From Torpedo marmorata (lineage: Eukaryota), in contig OZ360247.1 of the NCBI GenBank assembly GCA_977017645.1, forward strand, positions 16,430,001-16,494,000: 64,000 nucleotides of DNA, given 5' to 3'. A program made the position numbers and the translations under genes. The notes under the pieces are model-generated. The model made no database searches and had not been told where the DNA came from. It saw only the letters and a list, made by a program, of their open reading frames with translations. Below, piece by piece: positions 24,835 to 37,259 of the stretch. The number at the start of each line of letters is the position of its first letter. Position 1 is the stretch's first letter.

Positions 24835-27800
24835 ATGGAAATGAGGGGATTGAGGGGAATGAGGGAAATGAGGGGAATGAGGGGAATGAGGGAAATGAGG
24901 GGAATGAGGGAAATGAGGGGAATGAGGGAAATGAGGGGAATGAGGGGAATGAGGGGAATGAGGGGAATGAGGGAAATGAGGGAAATGAGGGGAATGAGGG
25001 AAATGAGGGGAAGGAGGGAAATGAGGGAAATGAGGGGAATGAGGGAAATGAGGGGAATGAGGGAAATGAGGGGAATGAGGGAAATGAGGGGAAGGAGGGA
25101 AATGAGGGAAATGAGGGAAATGAGGGGAATGAGGGAAATGAGGGGAATGAGGGAAATGAGGGGAAGGAGGGAAATGAGGGAAATGAGGGGAATGAGGGAA
25201 ATGAGGGGAATGAGGGAAATGAGGGAAATGTGGGAAATGAGGGGAATGAGGAGAATGAGGGAAATGAGGGAAATGATGGAAATGAAGGGAAATAAGGGAA
25301 ATGAGGGGAATGAGAGAAATGAAGGGAATGAGGAGAATGAGGGAAATGAGGGGAATGAGGGAAATAGGGGAATGAGGGGAATTAGGGAAATGAGGGGAAT
25401 GAGGGAAATGAGGGGAATGAGGGGAATTAGGGAAATGAGGGGAATGAGGAGAATGAGGGAAACGGAGGGAAATGAGGGGAATGAGGGGAATGAGGGGAAT
25501 GAGGGGAATGAGGGGAATGAGGGGAATTAGGGAAATGAGGGGAATGAGGAGAATGAGGGAAACGGAGGGAAATGAGGGGAATGAGGGAAATGAGGGGAAT
25601 GAGGGAATTGAGGGGAATGAGGGGAATGAGAAGAATGAGGGAAATGAGGGGAATGAGGGAAATGAGGGGAATGAGGAAAATAAGGGAAATGAGGGGAATG
25701 AGGGGAATGAGGGAAATGAGGGGAATGAGGGAAATAAGGGAAATGAGGGGAATGAGGGAAATAAGGGAAATGAGGGGAATGAGGGGAATGAGGGAAATGA
25801 GGGGAATGAGGGAAATGAGGGGAATGAGGGGAATGAGGGAAATGAGGGGAATGAGAGAAATGAGGGGAATGAGGGGAATGAGGAAAATGAGGGGAATGAG
25901 GGAAATGAGGAGAATGAGGGAAATGAGGGGAAAGAGGTAAATAAGGGAAATGAGGGGAATGAGGGAAATGAGGGGAATGAGAGAACTGAGGGGAATGAGG
26001 GGAATGAGGGAAATTAGGGGAATGAGGGAAATGAGGGAAATGAGGGAATGAGGGGAAATGAGGGAAATGAGGGGAATGAGAGAAATGAGGGGAATGAGGG
26101 GAATGAGGGAAATGAGGGGAATTAGGGAAATGAGGGGAATGAGGAGAATGAGGGAAATGAAGGGAATGAGAGAAATGAGGGGAATGAGGGGAATGAGGGA
26201 ATGAGGGAAATGAGGGAATGAGNNNNNNNNNNNNNNNNNNNNNNNNNNNNNNNNNNNNNNNNNNNNNNNNNNNNNNNNNNNNNNNNNNNNNNNNNNNNNN
26301 NNNNNNNNNNNNNNNNNNNNNNGGAAATGAGGAGAATGAGGGAAATGAGGGGAATGAGGGGAATGAGGGGAATGAGGGAAATGAGGGGAATGATGGGAAT
26401 GAGGGAAATGAGGGGAATGAGGGAAATGAGGGGAATTAGGGAAATGATGAGAATGAGGGAAATGAGGGGAATGAGGGGAATGAGGGAAATGAGGGGAATG
26501 AGGGGAATGAGGAAAATGAGGGGAATGAGGGAAATGATGGAAATGAGGGAAATGAGGGAAGTGAGGGAAATGAGGAGAATGAGGAAAATGAGGGGAATGA
26601 GGGAAATGAAGGAAATGATGTAAATGAGGGCAATGAGGGAAATTAGGGGAATTATGGAAATGAGGAGAATGGGGGAAATGAGGAAAATGAGGGGAATGAG
26701 GGAAATGAGGGAAATGAGGAGAATGAGGGAAATGAGGGAAATGAGGGGAATGGGGAAATGAGGGGAAAGAGGGAAATTAGGGCAATGAGGGAAATGAGGT
26801 GAATGAGGGAAATGAGGAGAATGAGGGAAATTAGGGAAATGAGGGGATTGAGGGAAATGAGGGAAATGAGGGGAAATGAGGAAATGAGGGAAATGAGGGG
26901 AATGAGGGAAATGAGGTGAATGAGGGAAATTAGGAGAATGAGGGAAATTAGGGAAATGAGGGGAATGAGGGAAATGAGGGAAATGAGGGGAAATGAGGGA
27001 AATGAGGTAAATGAGGGGAATGAGGGAAATGAGGGAAATGAGGTGAATGAGGGAAATGAGGGGAATGAGGGAAATGAGGGAAATGAGGAAATGAGGGGAA
27101 TGAGGGAAATGAGGGAAATGAGGGGAATGAGGGAAATGAGGGGAATGAGGAAATGAGGGGAATGAGGGAAATGAGGGGAATGAGGGAAATGAGGGAAATG
27201 AGGGAAATGATGGGAATGAGGGAAATGAGGGAAATGAGTGGAATGAGGTGAATGAGGGGAATTAGGGGAATGAGGGAAATGAGGAGAATGAGGGAAGAGG
27301 GAAATGAGGGGAATGAGGGAAATGAGGGAAATGAGGAGAATGAGGGAAATGAGGGGAATGAGGGAAGAGTTAAATGAGGGGAATGAGGGAAGTGGGGGAA
27401 TGAGGGGAATGAGGGAAATGAGGGGAATGAGGGAAATGAGGGGATTGAGGGGAATGAGGGAAATGAGGGGATTGAGGGGAATGAGGGAAATGAGCGAAAT
27501 GATGGTAATGAGGGAAATGAGGGGAATGAGGGAAATGAGGGAAAGATGGGAATGAGAGAAATGAAGGGAATGAGGAAATGAGGAAAGTGAGGGAACGGAG
27601 GGAAATGAGGGGAATGATGGAAGAGGGAAATGAGGGGAATGAGGGAAGTGGGGGAATGAGGGGAATGAGGGAAATGAGGGGAATGAGGGGAATGAGGAAA
27701 ATGAGGGGAATGAGGGAAATGATGGAAATGAGGGAAATGAGGGAAGTGAGGGAAATGAGGAGAATGAGGAAAATGAGGGGAATGAGGGAAATGAAGGAAA

Positions 27801-29230
27801 TGATGTAAATGAGGGCAATGAGGGAAATTAGGGGAATTATGGAAATGAGGAGAATGGGGGAAATGAGGAAAATGAGGGGAATGAGGGAAATGAGGGAAAT
27901 GAGGAGAATGAGGGAAATGAGGGAAATGAGGGGAATGGGGAAATGAGGGGAAAGAGGGAAATTAGGGCAATGAGGGAAATGAGGTGAATGAGGGAAATGA
28001 GGTGAATGAGGGAAATGAGGAGAATGAGGGAAATTAGGGAAATGAGGGGATTGAGGGAAATGAGGGAAATGAGGGGAAATGAGGGAAATGAGGGGAATGA
28101 GGGAAATGAGGTGAATGAGGGAAATTAGGAGAATGAGGGAAATTAGGGAAATGAGGGGAATGAGGGAAATGAGGGAAATGAGGGGAAATGAGGGAAATGA
28201 GGTAAATGAGGGGAATGAGGGAAATGAGGGAAATGAGGTGAATGAGGGAAATGAGGGGAATGAGGGAAATGAGGAAATGAGGGGAATGAGGGAAATGAGG
28301 GAAATGAGGGGAATGAGGGAAATGAGGGGAATGAGGAAATGAGGGGAATGAGGGAAATGAGGGGAATGAGGGAAATGAGGGAAATGAGGGAAATGATGGG
28401 AATGAGGGAAATGAGGGAAATGAGTGGAATGAGGGGAATGAGGGGAATTAGGGGAATGAGGGAAATGAGGAGAATGAGGGAAGAGGGAAATGAGGGGAAT
28501 GAGGGAAATGAGGGAAATGAGGAGAATGAGGGAAATGAGGGGAATGAGGGAAGAGTTAAATGAGGGGAATGAGGGAAGTGGGGGAATGAGGGGAATGAGG
28601 GAAATGAGGGGAATGAGGGAAATGAGGGGATTGAGGGGAATGAGGGAAATGAGGGGATTGAGGGGAATGAGGGAAATGAGCGAAATGATGGGAATGAGGG
28701 AAATGAGGGGAATGAGGGAAATGAGGGAAAGATGGGAATGAGAGAAATGAGGGGAATGAGGAAATGAGGAAAGTGAGGGAACGGAGGGAAATGAGGGGAA
28801 TGATGGAAGAGGGAAATGAGGGGAATGAGGGAAGTGGGGGAATGAGGGAAATGAGGGAAATGAGGGGAATGAGGGAAATGAGGGGAATGAGGGAAATGAG
28901 GGGATTGAGGGGAATGAGGGAAATGAGCGAAATGATGGGAATGAGGGAAATGAGGGAAATGAGGGGAATGAGGTAAATGAGGGGAATGAGGGGAATGAGG
29001 TAAATGAGGAGAATGAGGTAAATGAGGGGAATGAGGAAAATGAGGGGAATGAGGGAAATGAGGAGAATGAGGGAAAGGAGGGAAATGAGGGGAATGAGGA
29101 GAATGAGGGAAATGGGGGAAATGGGGGGAATGAGGGGAATGAGGGAAATGAGGGGAATGAGGGAAATGAGGAGAATGAGGGAAAGGAGGGAAATGAGGGG
29201 AATGAGGTGAATGAGGGGAATTAGGGGAAT
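24835..29230. repeat. 9-bp purine-rich satellite (GAAATGAGG / GGAATGAGG) with a ~1185-bp higher-order repeat; assembly gap at 26223-26322
   Basis: Hundreds of tandem 9-mers; rare variants recur at a fixed spacing (TAAATGAGGGC at 26621 and 27806; AAGAGTTAAA at 27365 and 28551). Confidence 0.97.
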
Positions 29231-29779
29231 GTGTTTGTCTATAAATGGTGACTCGCTCGGACAAAGTATTAGTTGAGGTTACTAAGATAAACGTGCTTAA
29301 TAGAAATAAGCACTAGAGAGAGAGAGAGAGAGAAATATAAGGATATTTCGATGTACGCTCGAAGAGGTCTATTTGGCATATAAAGACCATTGAAGGCCAG
29401 TTTCTTTGTAGCAGAAGCCATTCGGCCCAACCAGTCTGTGCTCACTGGTTTATACTTCATCTGGGCCTTCTCCGAGATGTCAATATAATCAAATGAATTG
29501 AAGTAATGGAAACGTACAGAATGGAAACAGGCCTTTTGGCCCAGTAGACCACGCGAAAGACTAAGACCGATCTGATTACACCATGACACATCCCTAAATG
29601 TGTTTTGTTGCATCTTCGAGTTAACCTTTTTAAACAGGTATAATTCGTTTTATTTTCTCTTAGAAAATAACATTTATATTTTTAACAAATAAAGCAAATT
29701 CTTTGAATTGTCTGCATCTGTTATCAAGAATTTCCTGTAAAGTTTGCGGTTATGTATTTTTACCGTTGCTATATCAAGG

Positions 29780-29860
29780 ACACTGTTTGACCTGCTGAGT
29801 TTCTCCAGCTTTGTGTGTTTTTACTTCAACCACGGTGTCTGCAGACTTTCGTGTTTTACC
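29780..29860 (+). mobile_element. Penelope-like pLTR fragment
   Basis: TGACCTGCTGAGTTTCTCCAGC...TCTGCAGACTTTCGTGTTT is the reverse complement of the terminal motif at 32660 and 42570. Confidence 0.7.
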
Positions 29861-32657
29861 ACCGTCTTTAAAAGGTAACCTAGCTCATCCCTCGCTTCAA
29901 AGAGCCCGGTTGCTCCCATCACAAGTATTTGCATATATACCTACATAAACAAACACACGCCTGCCTCCAAGAGGTGATCTTCCTGCACCCCCTCGAACAC
30001 AGAAGTGTGTCGGCACCGGGCTGTCAAATATGCCAAACCGTATAGTACCTTGTTTAATGTACCACAAATAACGTCCAAGAAACTTCATAAAACCAATGTT
30101 TGGTGAATAATTGACCACGCAAATTCAAATCCTCGATCTATCGAGGTATTTATGCATACAACTGCGTGATAATTTAATAAGGAATTCAATGAAGAGATTT
30201 CTGTCTTTGCATTTCTTGATTTGTGAGAATAATTCTACATAAACTGCATGGATTGATAGTGCCGAAAAACAGACGGCGAAAAGGTTGTCAAAATGGCAGG
30301 AAAGACGATTCGAACTCTGTTGGAGTGAGGTTGTTCCATTATTAAATATATTTCGAATAATTGACAGGACGTTTTAGAATTGGAAACTTCTCTGATTACA
30401 ACTCTAATGGGGAATGGATTCCTGTGCCTCATAGTCATAGTCATTACAACACCAGGCTCCTGCTTTCCAGTTAATCCTCTTGCTACGATGAGACCTTGGG
30501 GAGTAGAAACGGATGAATCGAGGTCGCAGTGGGCAGGATTGGGGTCTTTGTATCCCTATCCTTCGCCAGAGTGGGGGAATCGAAGGAATATCTCAATGTA
30601 ATGATCTCTAATAGAGTAAGCATTTGACATTTCATAAATATATCCCAGTAACCATGTCCCATAAATACAAGCGACTATCACAAATCCGGTAGATCTACAT
30701 CATTCGCAATTATAACTCAATTTTAATATCTTACAGTGTCTATAAATTCCATAAATATCTTGCGAATGTTATATTCCATAAGAAAATAAAAACAGAAGAA
30801 ATAAGAGTACGTATTTAATCTTCAAACATACACGCTGGAAAAGGCCACATTGAAAAATTCAGTTGCGTTGAGTTATTTGTTTTGAATAGATTGGGTATGT
30901 TTTTTAAAAGATGTTTTACCGCTTTTTAATCACTCTGCATTATTCGATATTAAAGATGCACACCAAAATCTGTGCCAAGGAAAGACCGGGATTCGGATAT
31001 TTTAGAGAATGTATTTTATCTCAACGGTATCTTTTCAACAGATTAAAATTCTGTCAATAAATGCTCTTACTTTGAAGTGAAACACTGGCTAACCCCACAG
31101 AGCGTCATTAGGAGATCATTAATTTCACTTTTAAGAAGCGCACGGACTCCTTTTAATATATTACAGCTATCCCCAGACCAGGGAATACATCAAGGGAAGG
31201 GTACCAGATAATGAATTGCAGCTAATGAGCAATTATAAATATATAATTCTTTGCATAAATTAAAATACATATGTACATATAAATTAAACCCAATCAGACT
31301 TAAGTGTACTGCGACCGGATCATCTCTCCAGAGAAGTAAAATAAATAAAATGCTGGAATTTTTAGGTGGCCCTGCTAAAACGCAAAGGTTAATATATTAA
31401 ATGTATAAATATAAAATCTCCCTGCGGTTTTCCTCTTCTAAGAGTCATTGTACGGCAGGAAATTAAAAAGTCATGTTACTGGTATATTTTTGTATTTTGA
31501 GAGGAGCGGAACGTTTTCTCCATTGGCTGGAACCCGAATAGCTGTTGATAGAAATGTACCACAAACAAACTCAAAAACGTGCAATTGGGTGGACATTTTT
31601 TGGGGATAAATTTAAATATGATATATTCTCAGCTTTTCTAATGGTCCTTATGAGGCAAAGGAGAGAACAGACAGCAAGAATCTCAGCCGAGCATTTTTAA
31701 CATGCATTTTTGTGCATTGTTTTGGGGACATTCAAATTTTATTTCCGTGATCTTAATTGCGGAAACTGGCAACAACTAAGTTCTCGTGACAATTGCAGTT
31801 ACGAAATGTGAAAACATGGGCGTGCCGTTCCTGCATTGTGACTCATCTGAGAAGCACAGGGCTTTTAAGTACAAATGCAATGTCACATTAGTACTGTAAT
31901 ATCAGAGCGGAGAGCGTTCCGTCAGCTTTGAGGCCAGGTACAAATATACCTGTGGAGATCTTGTAATTTATATTGTTTTAAGTTCTAATATAGAGCACCT
32001 GGTACAGTCATCCAGTTTCCAGGAGGACGCATGGAATTGAGATCTCGTTGTTTGCCATTTCACTTTAGGTTAATGTTATTAAATTTCTGATAAAGTATTT
32101 GCACTGTATTAACTCCCACATTTTTTCTCCAAAGATTTGAACACTGGTTACATATGAGAAATTAAATCACCTTTTAAAAGGCGAAATATTTCAACAAGAA
32201 TCTTCAGAAGTGACTCGGGTTTCGCATATTGTTTTGAGTCAGCGGTTCCGGGAGGAGAGATATTGACTTTGACTCTGGCCTCGAAAGCTGATTCTTACTC
32301 ATGTCCTTTACATGGTAGATATTCCACATTTTTCTCATTATTTCCCCATCAGCTCAAGAACGCGTGTCTCTGTGCAATCGGTAAATAATCCACTTCACCT
32401 ATAATTGGTGGTGTTGATGCAGGGGAGCTGCCCACAAGATCTAACCGACCTGGACAGAACCTTTCCCTTTGCTGTCATTCCCGGGCGGTGGAGCTTAATT
32501 CGCTGCTGCAGTTATTGACCTGGTGTTGGCCGTTATCTTTTAATGGCTGGAAATCCCGTAGTTCCAACAGTTATGTGGACAGTTGCAACCTATTCAGCAA
32601 CAGTGAATAGTGGAGCACGGTTAGATCAAAATTTTCGCTTGCTCATTTGACAAAGAA

Positions 32658-33290
32658 GTGAAACACGGAAATCTGCAGACGCTGTCATTGCAGTAAACAC
32701 ATACAGTAAATGCTGGATGAACTGGGTGGCCACTGGGAGATCCGCGCTATTGCGCCGGACAGAGCCGAGGTGCTCAACAAAGCGATCTCCCAGTCTATGC
32801 CCAGTCGCTCCGATGTAGAGGAGACCACAACGGGACCACCGGATGCAGTAGATGATCCCTGCAGATTCACGTGAAGTGTTGCTTCACTTGGAAGGACTGT
32901 TTGGGGCCTGGAATGGTGGTGAGGGAGGAGGTGTGGATGCAGGTGGAGCATTTCCTGCGATCACAGGGGACAATTGGTGGGGAGGGAGGAGTGGACGAGG
33001 GAGTCACGGAGGGAGCAGTCCCTGCGGAAGACGGAGAGCGAAGGAGAAGGGAATACATATCTGGTGGTGGGATCACGTAGGAGGTGGCTGAACCGGTGGA
33101 GGAGAATATGTTGGACACGGAGGCTGGTGGGGTGGGAGGTGAGGACAGGGGAAATACTGTCCTTGTTGTGCGTGGGGGTGGAGTGGGCCAGGGCAGATGT
33201 GCGGGCAATGGAGGATATTGGGGTGAGGGCCGAGTTGATGGTGGTAGAAGGAAAGCCACATTGTTTGAAGAAGGAGGACATCTCTGATGA
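32658..33290 (-). mobile_element. Penelope-like retroelement 3' fragment with GIY-YIG endonuclease (frameshifted)
   Basis: The minus strand encodes ...SLRDSLVHS...QSFQVKQHFT / CESAGIIYCIRWSRCGLLYIGATGHRLGDRFVEHL (GIY-YIG), followed by the pLTR motif. Confidence 0.88.
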
Positions 33291-33538
33291 ATTTGAGAAA
33301 CATCTAATTTTCCTCTCTGAAAGGCAGCTTTGGTGGCAGCTCCACTCTCTTCACTTCTTTAATCAATTTAACTTACTTTTTTTGAGTAAGCTTTTGCTAA
33401 ATATGCACATTTAAACACTGCAACTGCAATGGATTATTGATATTATTGGATACAAACGTACATATAGAAGTAGGTAACGAGTTGCTGACTGCAACTCCAA
33501 TATTACGGACGAGGTTTATTCTATCCAACAGCTCACAA

Positions 33539-33541
33539 GCG

Positions 33542-33579
<38 letters not shown>
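33539..33579. repeat. (GC)n(AC)n compound microsatellite
   Basis: GCGCGCGCGCGC directly followed by ~14 AC units. Confidence 0.9.
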
Positions 33580-33580
<1 letters not shown>

Positions 33581-35146
33581 CCTTAAATGAATATAAATAA
33601 TAACTCGTTTGTATCAAAATATATACAACTTAAATAAATTCCGTGCACAAATGGTGATCAAAAGAATTGTCTGCGTTTCTCTGCTTTTCTTTACATTTTG
33701 GAAAGGTTTGAGAGTAATTCCACGTTCATTCTCTGTTTCATTGCTGTGTATAAATCTGGTGAATGGGCATTAACGACCAACGTAAGACAAGGACACGGAT
33801 TCGATTCTAATATGTTTGAGCCAATAAGAACAAATCATGTTCTTGTTAAAAGAATTCCAAGATAAACAAAAGTCCTGTGAAAAACATGGGCCTCGATAGT
33901 GGCAAATATTCGATGTTATTGCTTAAAATTCGACATAGAATTGTTCTGAACTCCGAGCCGTGTGCCAGTTGTTAAGCATTTGGCAGGCGGTTGGACCTAC
34001 AGAACTACATAATATCATCACACGTCGTGAACTGTTGACGGTGACCTTACAGGTGCGAAACACGAGCCGTAATGAATATAAACCAAGACAGCTGGTATCC
34101 AGGAAATGAATAATTGTTAATACCGGTAAAAGGGCTGATGTGGACACGGTGACAGTGGGCAAACTTGACGCTTTCGCTTCAGACTTCCGCCTTGAGTGCC
34201 TTAGAAAAGATGTCGAAAACTTTCAACGGGTCATGAATAAAATATAATTTACTTAATAAAATAAACATTTTTGGCGTAGCCCCTGAACACGGGGCCAGAA
34301 GCCAGGAGGATGTTTACATCATGTTTCAAACAATAATCCAGCAAATATAAAACGCAATATACTTGAAACCCTCTAAACCCTTAGATTTAAAAATATAAGC
34401 GTGCCCTATGCTTTTGCCTTAGTGTTGAAATCTATTCCCTGCGCATTGGTTCTTTTATCGGAGTCAAAATACAATTCAACTCTTCTTGGACGAGTTTGGT
34501 TGAAAGGTTATCTCTGTGTAAATGCTTGGACTCAGTAAAACCTGTTTGAAGAAAAACAGATGTGATTCGCAGCATATTTGAAGGCTATGCACCCTGGGCG
34601 TGTGCACACGCCATTAAAACCACATCAGGCACTTGCTAAAGGGGAACATTGAAAACCAATAGCGATAATGTCAACTCACTTTATTGGGTTTTATCAGTTG
34701 GGGAGAGATCTAGAACCAACATTAAAAAATATTTTTTTCTCTCGACAACCAATCATTCTTGATAAGAAGCCAAAAAGTATATTTGCTTGATGTAATCTAA
34801 TACTTGATTATTTGGGTTTCTGAGAAATTAATGTCGCGACCTTTGTTAAGTAATGGGACAATATTTATTACAATACAATGTAATCTGTTAGAATATATAG
34901 CCTGTTTAGTAATGTTCTGCAAGTGATTTCCTGATAATACTGTAGTAATGATGTCACCAAGGAGGTTAATTAACAGAGCATATGGTGGGGTTTAAAACGA
35001 CACTGAACCTTTTGGTTGGAGGTATTGAAGTGAAATCACTGGCATCAATAAAAACCAACAAAGTTCAGCAGGACCGTTCTTTTGAAGCATTGTTCAAATT
35101 TTAAAAAATCATCTCAACCATTTGTGTTGGTGTGTACGAAAATATT

Positions 35147-35386
35147 ATTACAGCACCAATAGCCTGAATACGACTGGGATTGTCTGATCTCGGAAAGCTA
35201 AGCAGGTACAGGACTGTCAGTACTTGGAGGGGAGACCGCCTTGGAACACCAGATGCTGTAAGTTTCTGTGAGGGGCGCTGGACAAAGTAGCGACTCTCTG
35301 TCTGCCTTACGGTAGACAAAAATTAAAGAATTTCATGTATGTTACATTCTAAATGTAGTATTACATGACAATAATGGAACCTTTAC
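35147..35386 (+). mobile_element. 5S rRNA-derived SINE (SINE3-type), apparently full length
   Basis: 35147-35265 aligns to 5S rRNA (AGCCTGAATACG...GTCTGATCTCGGAAAGCTAAGCAGG...GTACTTGGAGGGGAGACCGCCTTGGAACACC...TGCTGTAAGTTT), then a ~120-bp non-5S tail that recurs at 54785. Confidence 0.85.
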
Positions 35387-35391
35387 ATGTT

Positions 35392-35532
35392 GAAAATAAA
35401 ATCAGCAGATGCTGGAATTCTGAAATAAAATCTGACGAAAAGCCTTTGACCTGAAACATTAAATCTGTTTTTCTCTTTCCACAAAATGCTGCCTGACCTG
35501 TTGAGTGTTTCCAGCATTTTCTGATTTTATCA
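35392..35532 (+). mobile_element. Penelope-derived pLTR relic with degenerate hammerhead core
   Basis: GCAGATGCTGGAA...CTGACGA...GACCTGAAAC...TGCTGCCTGACCTGTTGAGTGTTTCCAGCATTTTCTG. Confidence 0.65.
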
Positions 35533-35610
35533 AAAATATGTTTTTTTCTACAAATTCATTCTTTGTGTGTTGGCATTATTGGAAAGGCTGGTATTTATCT
35601 TGTTGCTCTG

Positions 35611-35940
35611 AGAATCAGAACCAGAATCAGAATCAAGGTTTATTGTCATCAATTTGTCGTTTTGCATTCCAGGTGCAAAATTGTGATAAATTACATTTCC
35701 TTAAATACAGTATTTAAAAATAAATAAATAGTGCAAAAGAAGAGTAGAAGTGAGGTAGTGTCTGTGGTTCATTGTCCATTCAGAAATCTGACCATGGAGG
35801 GGAAGAAGCTGTTTTTGTGCCGCTGGGTGTTCGTCTTCAGACTCCTGTACTTCCTTCCTGATGGGAGAAGTGAGAAGAGGATGCCTGTGTGGTGAGGGTC
35901 CTTGATGATAGAGGCTGATTTCTTGAGACACTGCCTCTTA
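35611..35940 (-). mobile_element. Rex1/Babar LINE 3' fragment
   Basis: (CAGAAT)n tail on the + strand; similar to the 3' end of the copy at 55743-56744 (LLPSG..YRSL motif). Confidence 0.8.
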
Positions 35941-36534
35941 AAGAAGAATATTATGAGCTATTTTCATGACCCACGGCTGTAGTGATTTGGACCAAGATTG
36001 AAAACTAGCCACAGTGGTCTGGGGCTCAGTTACAAATGACAGCGATGTTTATTTCCCTGTGGACCAGCTGAGATTTTTTACCATCTACAGCTTTGAGGTC
36101 ACTTTTATTGAATCATGTTTTCTTTCTTTCAACAAAAAAAAACAAATTGTCAAATTGCCTTCAAAGAATAAGAACCTCCACCCCAATTAGCATACATATC
36201 TTTGTTGCCAATAATGATAGGTTTGTTGCAGTTGCATGTATTACACAGTAATACAGCAAAGACATCGGTTATTTGCCTTTTTCTCCATACAAGCCTCTTC
36301 CCGCCCAACTTTGTCTAACCCTAGCCTTGCTCCTGCAAGTAGTTACTCAGCTTCCCCTTGGAAGCATAGACTTGATTTGCCATAACCTTTCCCCATTGGA
36401 AGAATTCCCACATTTAAATCTCTTTCTTGGTAAAGAAGTTTTTCATGAATTCCTAAGTAATTTTGTTGCTGTATTTTTTATGCATTTATGTGCCTTAAAT
36501 TTGGATTTTCCTCATGTAAAAATATCTCGTCTAC

Positions 36535-36800
36535 AGAGGCAGCATGGTTAGTGTAGAGGTTAGCACAATGCTATTACAGCGCCAGTGACCCAGGTTCAAA
36601 TCTGATGCTGTCTGTAAGGAGTTTGTACATTCTCCCCATGTCGGCATGGGTTTCCTCCAGGTGTTCTGGTTTCCTCCCAAGTTCAAAAGACGTACAAGAT
36701 GAGTAGGTTAATTAGTCATATGGCTGTATTTGGGCAGCGTGGACCTGTGGGCCGGAAGGACTTGTTACCGTGCTGTATCTCCAAATTTAACAAATTAAAT
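36535..36800 (+). mobile_element. tRNA-derived V-SINE (HE1-like)
   Basis: A/B boxes (GGTTAGCAC...GGTTCAAAT) and V-domain GGAGTTTGTACATTCTCCCCATGTC...GGTTTCCTCCC; AT-rich tail. Confidence 0.85.
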
Positions 36801-37259
36801 TAAAAGTAAATATCTAACCTTGTCATTAATCCTTAATGTGACTATTAATAGACATCTCTAATTTTCCAAATCATTAAATTAAAAAGAGCAGCCACCCAGT
36901 GAGGATAAAACAAATAAGGTCAGAAGATGAATGACCAAAGCTCAAGGACTGCGTGTGGCTTTGATGTGAGAGGTTTGAAAGCCTTTCTGGATTTTGCATT
37001 GCTTCCACTAACTCTTCAGTGAATCATTTATATGGTTGAGGTGACATGAACAGAATGAAATTAGCTTTTCTGCTTTGATAACAGAGGGTGTGACTCATTT
37101 GCTTCACATGTCTTAATGCATTCATTACAATAGCTGATGGAAGAATTACCTATGAAGATATTAACATATCATCAAAATAATTTGTGCTTCAAAATTTCAT
37201 GCTAAACATGTGACCCATCCAGTAATAAAAACGTTTTTTAGCATCTTTCATTACCTTCG

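Noticed and set aside
24835-29264. Long ORFs (MRG/MRE, NEG, FPS, PHF repeats)
   Set aside because: Artefacts of a 9-bp unit that is a multiple of three; no unique coding sequence.
35147-35265. Functional 5S rRNA gene
   Set aside because: Many substitutions, no T4+ terminator, single copy, and fused to a retroposon tail.
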